A stretch of DNA of 64,000 nucleotides, taken from positions 1-64,000 of the IMG/VR virus record IMGVR_UViG_3300014057_000005; one strand, given 5' to 3'. This DNA is from a virus. Its lineage: Duplodnaviria > Caudoviricetes. The translations under genes were made by a program, and so were the position numbers. Shown piece after piece: positions 18,253-28,671 of the stretch (position 1 is its first letter; every line of letters begins with the position of its first letter). The notes beneath the pieces are model-generated. The model ran no database searches. It was not told the DNA's origin and saw only the letters and a list, made by a program, of their open reading frames with translations.

Positions 18253-19248
18253 ATGGCAGATAGAGTAAATATTGTCAAGATGGCTGTAGATTCCTATCTT
18301 GGCAGACCGAATGGAAATTACTCCGTTAGCGAGACTCAGGCTTGCCTGCGCGATCAGCTTATTGAACTGAACGGCGGCTCCACGAAGCTTGACCCCCGCT
18401 CTTTTAGAAAGCATCCCGAACTCTACGAGGTTATCGAGGAGATCCTTACCGTCACGGTGAACGATGGTCTTCAGTCCGACAACCCGATGTACAACTTTGT
18501 TGAGGAGCACAATGTTGCTCTCGGCGATTCTACGGAATTCGTGATCGAGGGCAATGGCGAATTCGTCGTCTCTGAAGTTGCTGTGGGTACCAAGGGCCTC
18601 CGCAGACAGAGACTGCTTGGCAACACCGTTCTCCCGGTTGCTACCAAGGCTTACGGCGCGAAGATCTATGACGAGCTTCAGCGCGTTCTTGCTGGCAAGA
18701 TTGACCTGAACGAGATGATTAATCGTCTTGGTGCTGCTTTCACCAAGAAGATGAACGCTGAGATCCTGAAGGTTACGACCGATGCGTTCTCCCAGCTGAC
18801 CACTCCGTGGCAGGTCACCGGAACGTTTGACGGTGATAAGCTGATTGACCTGATTGACCATGTTGAGGCCGCTACTGGCCAGAGAGCAACTCTGCTTACA
18901 TCTAAGCAAGGTGCTCGTGCTATGGCAAAGGCTTTCAACTTCTCTGCGCATGACGCTCAGGATGAGATCTTTGGTCTTGGCTACTACACCCACCTGTATG
19001 ACAACCCGATTGTTGTTATGCAGAACGCTCATAAGCCCGGTACGACCACGTTCGAACTGGATAAGAGCATCTATGTTATCGGTGCAGATAACAAGTTCGT
19101 GAAGCACGTCACCCGTGGCGAGTCCCTCATCATCGATGAGACCAACAGCCTCGATATGGCGGATCTGTCTCAGAACTACACTGCTATTCAGTATCATGGC
19201 TTTGCGGCGATCATGACCGCACAGGCTGGTAAGTATTACCTGCCGTAA
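18253..19248 (+). CDS. Major capsid protein
   Basis: 331 aa, high-expression-type codon usage, position in the head module. Confidence 0.75.
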   Translation: MADRVNIVKMAVDSYLGRPNGNYSVSETQACLRDQLIELNGGSTKLDPRSFRKHPELYEVIEEILTVTVNDGLQSDNPMYNFVEEHNVALGDSTEFVIEGNGEFVVSEVAVGTKGLRRQRLLGNTVLPVATKAYGAKIYDELQRVLAGKIDLNEMINRLGAAFTKKMNAEILKVTTDAFSQLTTPWQVTGTFDGDKLIDLIDHVEAATGQRATLLTSKQGARAMAKAFNFSAHDAQDEIFGLGYYTHLYDNPIVVMQNAHKPGTTTFELDKSIYVIGADNKFVKHVTRGESLIIDETNSLDMADLSQNYTAIQYHGFAAIMTAQAGKYYLP

Positions 19249-19320
19249 CTTGTTTGATAGGGTCGCTGTGTGTGGGCAACCACGCATGGCGGCCTTATAT
19301 ATTGAGAAAAAGGGGACAAA

Positions 19321-19938
19321 ATGGCTACAACAAGAACAAGAAAACCGACTGCGAAGACAACTGCCGCCAAAAAGACAAGCGAGCCGATTCAACCGGATCC
19401 GATTGAGGAGGTAGTAGAGCCTGTTTCTCAAGAGCCTGTTGAGGCAGAGAAGCCCGCCCCGGCTAAAAAGAGACAGACCATCGCAAGAAAACGCATTCCG
19501 AATGACGAGATGATTATTGTTATCAGTAGCTGCCCGAACACTCTGGTGTACTCATCGGATAGGGAGCGGCTTGAATGGGATGCCTATGGCGATGAACAGG
19601 AGATGCCTTTTGAGTCTCTTCGCACCATGAAGGGCATGTACCCGCGTTTCTTCAAGGACAATTGGATTTGCCTTGCGGACACTGCGGACTACACGAAAGA
19701 AGAGATCTACACTGCGCTTGGCGTTTACGATTTCTATAAGAATTTCGTAGAGCCTGCGAATGTAATGACGCTCCTGAATTCGTCAGCTGATGTGATTGAG
19801 GAAAAGATGAAGACCTTCTCTCCCGCTTTGCGCCGCACGATTTTCGGGGTGGCTACGCAAAAGAGGAATAATGGCGAGTTCGATTCTTTCTCAAAATACG
19901 AAGTAATTCGGAATTTAGCGAATGTCGTTGGTGCTTAA
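19321..19938 (+). CDS. Post-capsid hypothetical protein
   Basis: Low-complexity N-terminus, WDAYGDEQEM; synteny. Confidence 0.6.
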   Translation: MATTRTRKPTAKTTAAKKTSEPIQPDPIEEVVEPVSQEPVEAEKPAPAKKRQTIARKRIPNDEMIIVISSCPNTLVYSSDRERLEWDAYGDEQEMPFESLRTMKGMYPRFFKDNWICLADTADYTKEEIYTALGVYDFYKNFVEPANVMTLLNSSADVIEEKMKTFSPALRRTIFGVATQKRNNGEFDSFSKYEVIRNLANVVGA

Positions 19939-19963
19939 CTAGTCCATAAGGGGGCACAGCTCG

Positions 19964-20398
19964 ATGGCAACGACATATCAAGATATTTATAATGAATTCC
20001 TTGATAGAATTACGGATTATGAGTTCGCCGCATACTCCGAAACACTTCAGGGAGAACTATTGAAATCGTATCTGACGAGTGCTATTGGGCGTTTTGGTAG
20101 GATTTGCTCTAGCGACTTAAGTGACAGAGACGACGATTTTGGCGAATTTAATATAGATTTATCTCAGGAGGAAATCGATGTGCTGACTGCATGGATGGAA
20201 GCCGAGTGGCTCAAACAGTACATGCATGACAGTGACAACCTCCATAATAGGATAAACACATCGGAATTTTCAAGCGTGTCGCCAGCGAATATGTTGGCTT
20301 CGATTAAAGATAGCTACGAGAACACACGGAAGCAGGCGCTCTCCCTTATGAACAAGTATTCTTATATTCACGGGGACTACGCGGCATTAAAGACATGA
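19964..20398 (+). CDS. Putative head-tail adaptor
   Basis: Size and synteny. Confidence 0.55.
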   Translation: MATTYQDIYNEFLDRITDYEFAAYSETLQGELLKSYLTSAIGRFGRICSSDLSDRDDDFGEFNIDLSQEEIDVLTAWMEAEWLKQYMHDSDNLHNRINTSEFSSVSPANMLASIKDSYENTRKQALSLMNKYSYIHGDYAALKT

Positions 20399-20718
20399 TG
20401 ACGCAGTATGGCGATCTGCCAAAGGATTGTCTCGAAAACTATTTTGACATGCTAATTAACCGAACCTATAAGATCCTTCCTATGAAAGAAGAGGGGTCTT
20501 CTACCTTAAAATCCTACTTGAATTCTTACCTGTGCGAGTTGATTGGCGACCAGACACTTATGTTTGGGTTAAAGGACGAGCCTCAATTCGTTGCTGTGCT
20601 AGGAAATATATCTTACCTTGCCAATGAGGAATATGATGTCGGCGAGTGTAAGCGGATGGTGTTCAACTGTATCAACCTCCTGAAGTCGGTCAGGAAGAAC
20701 GTGCTAGGGGAGGTGTGA
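20395..20718 (+). CDS. Hypothetical neck-region protein
   Basis: Translationally coupled ORF. Confidence 0.6.
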   Translation: MMTQYGDLPKDCLENYFDMLINRTYKILPMKEEGSSTLKSYLNSYLCELIGDQTLMFGLKDEPQFVAVLGNISYLANEEYDVGECKRMVFNCINLLKSVRKNVLGEV

Positions 20719-20722
20719 CGAC

Positions 20723-21703
20723 ATGGAATTACGAAGATACAAAGAGCGTATTGGCGCGAAAGGCTTTACGAAGCGCGAACGTGATGTTAACTACACACGC
20801 GACTTTTATCGGCGCAGGCTCCCCGACTCCCTCAGCTATAAAGAGGTAGAGCTTGAGGGAAAACCTACAACGCTCGTAATCGACAAGGGCACGATGCCAT
20901 TCTATAAGAAGTTCCGAAGCTATCTTGAAGACCAAGAGATTCTTGTCGGTGACTATGTGAAGTGGGCTGATACCCATTGGCTTGTTGTTCGTGCGGATGC
21001 CGATCATGAAATTTATATCGACGGTATGCTTTATCAGTGTAATTATCTTTTACAGTGGCAAGACGAAACAGGGAAAATCATTGAACGTTGGGTGCATATT
21101 GCGAACGCGTCTTCCTACAATACTGGTAAGGAGTGGTACTTCCAGATGGAAATCGGCACGAACCAGCTGATGGTTTTTATGCCAATCGACGAAGATACGA
21201 AGAAGCTCGAGCGCGATAAGCGTGTGTATTGTGATTATACCAATAAGAATATTCGTTACAAAATGCTCCGTGTGGATTCGGTTTCTGAGACTTATGGCAA
21301 AAAGGGGCTTCTCTACATTATCATGGGCGAAGACCTCGATCATCATACCGCTGATAATGACGAGCTTAGAATCTGCGACTACTTTGAACCCGGCGTTATT
21401 GACGGGGAAGACGGAGAGCCGACAGATGTACCGAATGCGTCAATCGATTACGCAACGACCTATTTAAGGGTTGGCGACAAGCCGAAGGCTTTTAGTGCGA
21501 GCTTCTTGATTAGAGAGGGCGAGGAAGAGCCTACTGCCCAGTGGGAAGTGCAATCCGATTATTATATTACTAGCGAAATAGATGGGAATACAATTTGGCT
21601 GTCATGCAACGACCAGAACGCTGTTGGCAGCAAGGCAAAGTTGATTCTGACTGGTGCTGATTACGAAGCGTCACTTGACCTGACAATTCGCGCCAAATAC
21701 TAA
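20723..21703 (+). CDS. Putative head closure protein with C-terminal Ig-like domain
   Basis: Beta-rich sequence; synteny. Confidence 0.5.
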   Translation: MELRRYKERIGAKGFTKRERDVNYTRDFYRRRLPDSLSYKEVELEGKPTTLVIDKGTMPFYKKFRSYLEDQEILVGDYVKWADTHWLVVRADADHEIYIDGMLYQCNYLLQWQDETGKIIERWVHIANASSYNTGKEWYFQMEIGTNQLMVFMPIDEDTKKLERDKRVYCDYTNKNIRYKMLRVDSVSETYGKKGLLYIIMGEDLDHHTADNDELRICDYFEPGVIDGEDGEPTDVPNASIDYATTYLRVGDKPKAFSASFLIREGEEEPTAQWEVQSDYYITSEIDGNTIWLSCNDQNAVGSKAKLILTGADYEASLDLTIRAKY

Positions 21704-21715
21704 GGGGGTGTAAAG

Positions 21716-22366
21716 ATGGCAACTGAACTACCCCCCTCCTACCGTGCGCTTGGCGGGATTAAGGACGCGCTCTGCGAGCTAATGCTCCATGATGAAGAGA
21801 TACGCACACTAGTTATGCCAGAGCCGGACGATGAACGATTTGGTGACTATGAAAACTGGATCGGCGGGAAATACTTTGCGAGACTGGGCGGTAAAAAAGA
21901 GGAAGTAATTCTTCATGGTCATTGTTTTACCGTGCCATTTGTAAAAGATACTATTACTGATGACCGCTTGATTATCTGTATGGAGACGTATGTAAACACC
22001 GCGTACTCTAGAACGATTAAGGACATCAAGCTAATGGTTAACATATTTTCGACAAAAGGGCGGATCGCAGAGTTAGACGATCATGACCGCGAGGTTGTCG
22101 ATACACTTCGGGCAAAAGGGTATACGGGGAACTTTATAGATATGGTAACGGCGGCTGTCTGCCACTTGCTCGACACAACTGACGAGCTGATTGACAGCAA
22201 AACCGGGACACGATATGGGATTGGCAAGATGACACTTGTAGGGCGAGAGCCTATTATTCCCTCTACGCCAAACGCGAAATTCTACGGGAGACAAATTTTC
22301 TACGATATCCCTGAATTTAATGTGACAAGTGTAACTCCGCAAAGGAGACCCCTTGACCAAGCTTAG
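21716..22366 (+). CDS. Putative tail terminator/neck protein
   Basis: Synteny. Confidence 0.45.
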   Translation: MATELPPSYRALGGIKDALCELMLHDEEIRTLVMPEPDDERFGDYENWIGGKYFARLGGKKEEVILHGHCFTVPFVKDTITDDRLIICMETYVNTAYSRTIKDIKLMVNIFSTKGRIAELDDHDREVVDTLRAKGYTGNFIDMVTAAVCHLLDTTDELIDSKTGTRYGIGKMTLVGREPIIPSTPNAKFYGRQIFYDIPEFNVTSVTPQRRPLDQA

Positions 22367-23231
22367 TCAATTTGACCTTATCAGTACTACCCCTTATTAT
22401 CTGGAAAAGGTAGGGCATGTGAAAGCGGTAACACTGCACGACATAGACCTACTCCCGAAAAAACAAATGGATTACTCGTTATATATTCAAGTTCTACGGA
22501 TGACGCAAGAGGATTATATAAAGCTTGCGCAGGTAGACGAGGAGAAACTTGGCGAGATTGAAGCGCTTCTTACCGACAACGGTTTGAAACTGACGATCTT
22601 TGACCTGATAACGACGAATCCCACAACGTTGAATGAGTTGATTTTAGCTTTCAACTTTTTCTTTGCAGAGGAAGTGGTATATGACCCGAAAGCCTCTGCT
22701 TTTTTGTTGTACGCGAGTTTACGCACCGATGAGGATGGGAATTTTATTGAGGATCCTGTCGGTACGATAACCCGCAATAACTACGATGATGTGACCGATA
22801 TCATTCTGCAAAGGTGTTTTGCCAAATCCGATGAGGACGAGGAAGAAGAAGAGCCTAAGTTTAAGAATGAGAAAGCCAGAAAAATGTACGAGAGGCAGAA
22901 AGCAGCGCGTGAGCGAATGAAAAAACAGCAGGCGACCGCGAACGCCGAATTTCTCGATCTTGGTAACATTGTCAGGCACTTGGCTAGTCGGCAGAACGGG
23001 CTGAACATGTTGAATATTTGGGGGATGACTATATATAACGTGTACGACCAGTTCGAGATCGAACGCCAAAACGTCGGTTATGAACTATCCTTTAGGAACT
23101 ACTCTATCTGGGGTGGTGACGAAAAGCACAAGTTCGACATTGATTCGTGGTACAAGTCACAACGGTCTGACGCTGAAGATTTGAACAGCGGTCTGTACCA
23201 AATGGCGAAAGATGTTAATACACAACATTAA
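22353..23231 (+). CDS. Tail-module protein (possible assembly chaperone)
   Basis: TTG start with AAGGAG RBS; IWGMTIYNVYDQF; precedes the tail tube gene. Confidence 0.5.
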   Translation: MTKLSQFDLISTTPYYLEKVGHVKAVTLHDIDLLPKKQMDYSLYIQVLRMTQEDYIKLAQVDEEKLGEIEALLTDNGLKLTIFDLITTNPTTLNELILAFNFFFAEEVVYDPKASAFLLYASLRTDEDGNFIEDPVGTITRNNYDDVTDIILQRCFAKSDEDEEEEEPKFKNEKARKMYERQKAARERMKKQQATANAEFLDLGNIVRHLASRQNGLNMLNIWGMTIYNVYDQFEIERQNVGYELSFRNYSIWGGDEKHKFDIDSWYKSQRSDAEDLNSGLYQMAKDVNTQH

Positions 23232-23245
23232 GGAGGAATATCATT

Positions 23246-23980
23246 ATGTCCAACTATGCAAATAGACAGGTATGCGATGTTGATATCCGTTATCTGGCTA
23301 CTGGAAAGCCCTTCCTGTTCTTCTCGGACGCGAATACGACCGGCCAGACCATCAGCGGCGACTCTGTGTACGCGCTGGCTCGTGGCAGACGTAAGGTTGC
23401 GTTCCCGAACCCGATGGAAGGCACTCTGACGATTGAAGCACAGGTGCTTCCGTTCGAGATGTTTGCCCTGATGTCCGATGGCAAGATCCTCACCGATGGC
23501 GAATACTTCGGCCACGAGAAGGTCGTTGCTACTGCGGCTGGCTCTATTGCAATCGCTGGCACCCCGGAGGGCAAGATCTATGTGTACCCGGCAGGCGAAG
23601 TCAATGCGACTAGCGAGAAGGAGGGAACCTTCGCGGATGGCAAGGTTACTGCTACTGGCATCGAGAAGGATAAGGCTTACGAGGTCTTCTACACCGTTAA
23701 GAAGACTGAGGGCGTGAAGAGAATTCGTTTCTCTGACGATCTGATTATCAACGACTATCGTGTCGATATGTCCACCCTGTGGAAGGATGAAGACGGCGTT
23801 TATACCCCGGTCATCTATCGTGCGTACAAGTGCACCCCGCAGCGTAACTTCGAGATGTCCGAGTCTTCTGAAGGAGACCCGGTCTCCGTTACGATCACTC
23901 TGGATATGCTGACCGATAAGGATGGCAACTTCTTCGATATGATCGAGGATACTGATGCAACCACGACTGTTGGTGGCTGA
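23246..23980 (+). CDS. Major tail tube protein
   Basis: Strong RBS, biased codons, ARGR..F and SEGDPVSVTITLD motifs, downstream terminator. Confidence 0.7.
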   Translation: MSNYANRQVCDVDIRYLATGKPFLFFSDANTTGQTISGDSVYALARGRRKVAFPNPMEGTLTIEAQVLPFEMFALMSDGKILTDGEYFGHEKVVATAAGSIAIAGTPEGKIYVYPAGEVNATSEKEGTFADGKVTATGIEKDKAYEVFYTVKKTEGVKRIRFSDDLIINDYRVDMSTLWKDEDGVYTPVIYRAYKCTPQRNFEMSESSEGDPVSVTITLDMLTDKDGNFFDMIEDTDATTTVGG

Positions 23981-24035
23981 TTCTAAGAATTGACGAGACC
24001 TGAAAGAGGTAGCGTACGTTGTTGCTACTTCTTTT

Positions 24036-24073
24036 GGGGAGGGCTGTCGTTTGGCGGCTCTCCCCTTCTTTTT
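24036..24073 (+). terminator. Intrinsic terminator
   Basis: GGGGAGGGCTGTC-GTTT-GGCGGCTCTCCCC plus T-rich tail. Confidence 0.7.
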
Positions 24074-24092
24074 GCGAGTACAAGGGGAATTT

Positions 24093-24326
24093 ATGATTGA
24101 AGTAATGCTTAATAGCGTTGATGACGCATTCGATTATTTTGGGCGCGATAATCTTGTGGGGATTTCATCCCAGAGACAGGCGCGATATTATGTAACCCAC
24201 GGCGCACAGCCAGTGTTTGTCTATCCGAATGAGCACGATGAGCGCATTATGACATACTGGTTCAAGAAATCGGATGAGACTAGAAGACTTAAGCGGGAGT
24301 GGGACGCTACCAAACCCACACGATAA
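24093..24326 (+). CDS. Small hypothetical protein
   Basis: RBS AAGGGG before ATG at 24093. Confidence 0.6.
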   Translation: MIEVMLNSVDDAFDYFGRDNLVGISSQRQARYYVTHGAQPVFVYPNEHDERIMTYWFKKSDETRRLKREWDATKPTR

Positions 24327-24402
24327 GTATGGTTGAACTTGTGTTGCTTGTTCTAATTGTTTTGTATGTGATTTTGGTTGTGGTTGATGATGGGGACTAA
24401 CA

Positions 24403-24615
24403 ATGGAAAAGTATCTGAAACGTAACGAAGAAAATAAGCCAGAGTTTGATATTGCCTCATTTCGTGGTGACCTATTTGGGATGCTGAATAAGGTTCAGAC
24501 CCAGGATGAACTATGGTGGATCCGTTCTATTTTAGACGACCAGATAAATCTCTGTTGTGCCGTACGAGCGGAGGAGTTCGTTGGCGCAAATGTTGTTGAG
24601 AAAAAGGAGAATTAA
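24403..24615 (+). CDS. Small hypothetical protein
   Basis: ORF in the operon. Confidence 0.5.
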   Translation: MEKYLKRNEENKPEFDIASFRGDLFGMLNKVQTQDELWWIRSILDDQINLCCAVRAEEFVGANVVEKKEN

Positions 24616-24618
24616 TTA

Positions 24619-25170
24619 ATGAAAATTGGTGAAGTTAGGGTTAAAAGGCGCGTACGCGACATTGATTATTTTGCGATGGTTGACCAAATGGTAAATATTG
24701 CCTTTACGCATGACCCGGGCAATTTCGATGTGTTCACTGAGTATAGACCGGATCAGCTGACGATTGCAGCGCCGAGTATTATCGCTAAGTTTTGCCTTGA
24801 TGGTTTGGAACTCGAAGAGGGGGAGTCTTTCTTCGATACGGATATTCGCGAGATTCTGAACAAGGATGAGCGGATTAAGGAGCCTCTTGCCAATGCGGAA
24901 AGCGGACACTATTCGTACAAAACCGATGATGGTTGGGCATTCGATGAGTGCTTTGGATACGCCGACGCTCTTAAAGATGCTACCAAAATCATCAAACAGC
25001 GTAAAAAAGAACTGGAACCTACCGGAGAAATGATGCGTTCTATCGCCACGTTCTTCGAAGCGCTGACGGCGAAGATGAATAGTGTAGACACCGAAGAAGT
25101 CGGTAACGCAATCAAGGCAATCGCGCAGTACGCGCCAAGTCTTGTCGAAACAGAGTCGCCAGAGAAATAA
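24619..25170 (+). CDS. Hypothetical tail-module protein
   Basis: AAGGAG RBS; ORF in the operon. Confidence 0.6.
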   Translation: MKIGEVRVKRRVRDIDYFAMVDQMVNIAFTHDPGNFDVFTEYRPDQLTIAAPSIIAKFCLDGLELEEGESFFDTDIREILNKDERIKEPLANAESGHYSYKTDDGWAFDECFGYADALKDATKIIKQRKKELEPTGEMMRSIATFFEALTAKMNSVDTEEVGNAIKAIAQYAPSLVETESPEK

Positions 25171-25188
25171 CACTTAGGGGTGATTGTT

Positions 25189-25599
25189 ATGAGGCTCGAT
25201 GCAATTCGCCGAGAGGTACAGAGGCGTTCTGTCAAAGCCGTCGATTATATGATTCAAGACATTGACAACAAACTCAAAGAGGCTCGGTCGGCGTATTATG
25301 CGGATTATTTCCCAAAAGTATATGAACGTACGGGGACTTTGAAGAATAGTATGTTGCAGATTAAACCGGCTGTTTACACTGGGTCTGGCGCAAAAGGAGA
25401 AATCTCTGTGACTGAGGCAAATTATCGGTCTGGTAGCAAACCTTCATTGCGCGATGTCGTGGACTGGGCGGATGCAAAAACGCATGGACTTTACCATGGC
25501 GGATCCGGTGTAAGCGTGTGGCACGACCCTCTTGAAACAATGAAACACGCCGAGTATATGCTTTGGCATTCTGCTCTAAGCAGAGCGGGACTTATCTAG
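25189..25599 (+). CDS. Putative tail completion protein
   Basis: PKVYERTGTLKNS motif, as in HK97 gp10-like proteins. Confidence 0.5.
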   Translation: MRLDAIRREVQRRSVKAVDYMIQDIDNKLKEARSAYYADYFPKVYERTGTLKNSMLQIKPAVYTGSGAKGEISVTEANYRSGSKPSLRDVVDWADAKTHGLYHGGSGVSVWHDPLETMKHAEYMLWHSALSRAGLI

Positions 25600-25679
25600 C
25601 GCATGTGAGGTGCGCTGTATTTTGGGCGTGATATTCTCCTATCGCGCCTTCGATAGAACGCACTGAAAGGAGATATATT

Positions 25680-26711
25680 ATGAATGGCATTAAACATAAC
25701 GAACCTATCTCCGAAGAGCGGTGGAATAAGGTTTGTGAGTTTAATAGACAACTTTACGATGATTACTTTATAGACAACGTAGAGTTGTCGAACGCCACAC
25801 GAACCGCCTATAGAAGTTATCTTAGGATTTGGTTTGTATATGTGGCAGAGAATTTAGGGAACAAGAAACAGGTCGACATAAAAAGTCGCGATTACAAGCG
25901 GTTCCAAAACTACCTTGTAGATCGCGGCATGAGTTATTCTGGAATTTCAACACAGCGGAGCGCCATCTCCTCTCTCAACTTCTATATTGAGACATACTAC
26001 GAGGACGAGTATCCGATGTTTCGGAACTTTATCACGAAGGCAATCCCGAAGCCAGAGAAGAGTTATGTAAACAAGAAGGTGCCGCCGACACGCGAGGAAC
26101 TTGACGAGATGATTCGTAAACTCGAGGAAGGGAACCGAAAAGATAAATATCAGCTAATCTGCTATTTGAAATTCACATTTGATACTGGATGCAGACGCGC
26201 TGAGACGCGCCAGCTTCTGAAGGACGTGGTGAATTCGGATCCTGTTGTGCGAAAAATCACCGCCCACGACCGTGAAGGAAATAAGATTGAGCGTGAATCA
26301 CGGTACTATGTGACGAACGAGATTCGTTGCAAGGGGCGCGGTAAGACTGGCAAGGTTCGCAAGTTGAAGTTTTCAGAAGATACGATGTTGGCTATTAAAA
26401 AGTGGCTGGAAGTCAGAGGCGAGGATGATTGCCCGTATGTATTTACGAGCGGACGCGGAGAAAACGCGAGGCAGGTCTCTGTGGTGACAATCAATAAGTG
26501 GTGCAGTACCGTCTTCACAGACTTGCTCGGACGCAGATTTCACCCTCACATTTTAAGAGAGGCGAGGGCGACTGATGCGGCAATTGAGCAAGGGAGACCG
26601 ATAGAACAGATTGCTTCTCTTCTTGGCCATAATTCAACAGAAACAACAAAAATTTATATCTGCAACGATGAAGACGTTGAGGAATCTGACGCTCTGTTTG
26701 CAGATTTCTAA
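25680..26711 (+). CDS. Tyrosine recombinase within the tail module
   Basis: TGCRRAE, KGRG, HILR, LLGHNS and TKIY catalytic set. Confidence 0.85.
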   Translation: MNGIKHNEPISEERWNKVCEFNRQLYDDYFIDNVELSNATRTAYRSYLRIWFVYVAENLGNKKQVDIKSRDYKRFQNYLVDRGMSYSGISTQRSAISSLNFYIETYYEDEYPMFRNFITKAIPKPEKSYVNKKVPPTREELDEMIRKLEEGNRKDKYQLICYLKFTFDTGCRRAETRQLLKDVVNSDPVVRKITAHDREGNKIERESRYYVTNEIRCKGRGKTGKVRKLKFSEDTMLAIKKWLEVRGEDDCPYVFTSGRGENARQVSVVTINKWCSTVFTDLLGRRFHPHILREARATDAAIEQGRPIEQIASLLGHNSTETTKIYICNDEDVEESDALFADF

Positions 26712-26725
26712 TGTAACGGAGGGAT

Positions 26726-28360
26726 ATGATGGCTGATTTTGAATCAACTGTACAATTAAAGGTAAACGATTCACAGCTAACCGCCGCCGAACAAAAACTA
26801 AATGCGATTAAATCCATGTCCCCCATCCCGATTAAAATCGAGGTGGATCAGGAGCAGATAAAGGAAGTAAAATCCCTTCTCACCCAGATGTCTAAGATGA
26901 AGCTCAATCTTGGCAATGGGCGTAGTGGCTCTGGCAACAAAAGCGGTGGCTCTGGCGGCGGATCTAAAGTGCCTGCCGCGTCACTTTATAAGGAGACGCT
27001 GAAGTGGACTAAAAAGGCTCATCAGTTGACGATGAAGGAGATGGACTATCAGGCTAAAGGATATACCAATCTCAACACCATTAAGTCCCAAAAAAGCGTA
27101 GCGAACTTACAGTTAAAGACAAACTATAACCCCGATAAACTCAGCTCTGCCGAACGGAAGGCGCTGGCGAAGGTTCAAACACAATATCGTCAAGACGAGG
27201 CTTTGCGTCAGTCCGATATTATGAACAGGCAAGAACTGGCTCGTACTAATCAGGAGTTTAAGAATTATCTTAACACCTATAAGGAATTCGGGAAACTGCG
27301 TGGCGACATGCAGAAGTACGAGGAAGGTAGTGCCCAACGCGACCTGATACAACAGCGTATGACTGCGCTGAACCAGCAGATGGCGGCAAGTGGCTTTAAC
27401 TACCAGAATCTTAACGAGTCTCAAAAGCTACAGGTGGACTCTGTTGTCCAGCAGAACGCCAAACATTTTCAGGGCGTTAAGTACAATATGGATATGGCTA
27501 AGGCTGTCGAGGCTGATAGGCTCAATGCTATGGCTGACGAGGGGAGAATTTCTTCTCTTCGCAGTAGCTTCGAAAGCTTCCTATCCGACAACAATAAGGT
27601 TTATGGCAAATACGGCGACCAGATTAAGAGCATTCAGGAAGGCTTTAAGAATGTTCGGACTGTTGGCGACCTTGAAAAGCTAAATAAAGAGGTTACTGCT
27701 TTTGAGGCTGCCGCCAGAAATGCGGGTGCGACCGGGAAAACGTTCTTTGGAACGCTCAAAGACGGACTTGCTCATATAGGTGCGTTCTTCTCTGTCGGGC
27801 AGATGATGATGTGGGGGAAGCAATTTGCCACCGCTGTTATCGGAAACGTTAAAGACCTTGATACGGCTATGACCGAACTGCGCAAGGTCACGGATAACAC
27901 CGCCAATGAATACGCCGCCTTCAGAGAAGAGGTTAAGAAAACATCTATCGAGATTGGCACAACGCAGAAGGAGATGATAAACTCCACTGCTGATTTTGCT
28001 CGTCTTGGCTATAATCTCGATGATGCAAAAGAATTAGCGAAGTACGCCAACATCTATAAGAACGTTGGTGATATGGATATCGACAGCGCAACGACCTACA
28101 TGATCTCGACCCTTAAGGGCTTTAATATGCAGGCTAATGATGCGCTTCATATCGTAGACGCATATAACCGCGTTGGAAACGATTTTGCGATCTCGTCAGC
28201 GGGCCTTGGTGATGCCATGACGAGATCCGGTGCTGCGTTAAACGCCGCCGGGAACACGCTTGAACAGTCTATTGGTCTTATTGTTGCGGCGAACGACTCC
28301 GTGCAAAACACTGCGCAAACCGGAACAATGCTCAAGACATTTGCACTGCGCCTTAGAGGT
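26726..28360 (+). CDS. Tail tape measure protein, exon 1
   Basis: TP901-type core (LDTAMTELRKVT, TADFARLG, NRVGNDFA); ends LRG at the predicted splice site. Confidence 0.85.
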
Positions 28361-28671
28361 AAACATAGTGCCTATCGTGGAGTAATTCACGTCAGCTACG
28401 CGCATAAAAAATTAGCTGCATAACAACTATATAAGTCAAAGGGCAATGGGATGCCAGAGACTTAGGAAAGATTACTTAATTGTAAAATCCTCAGAGACTA
28501 CAGGGCGATAATGGTAACATTGCCGCTGAAGTTGTTCCCCTATTATGTAGGGGTGATATATAGTCCGATCTCACACAATAATCCCACTTGTATGAAATGT
28601 GAGAGATAGCCAGAAATGACTATCCGCCCCATTTGGGGTCAGTAGGGTTGGCACCCGAAAGTAACAGAATG
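28361..28671 (+). mobile_element. Group I self-splicing intron without ORF
   Basis: P1 AGGU/GCCU with U.G at the splice site, P3 AACAACT/AGTTGTT, R TCAGAGACTAC, S GATATATAGTCC, terminal G; splicing restores the frame. Confidence 0.9.

Noticed and set aside
16387-19431. Long - strand ORFs (402, 151 and 405 aa)
   Set aside because: Antisense shadows of codon-biased head genes, with no RBS or recognisable motifs
28361-28671. Frameshift/pseudogene or two separate TMP genes
   Set aside because: Group I intron core and in-frame splice junctions explain the break
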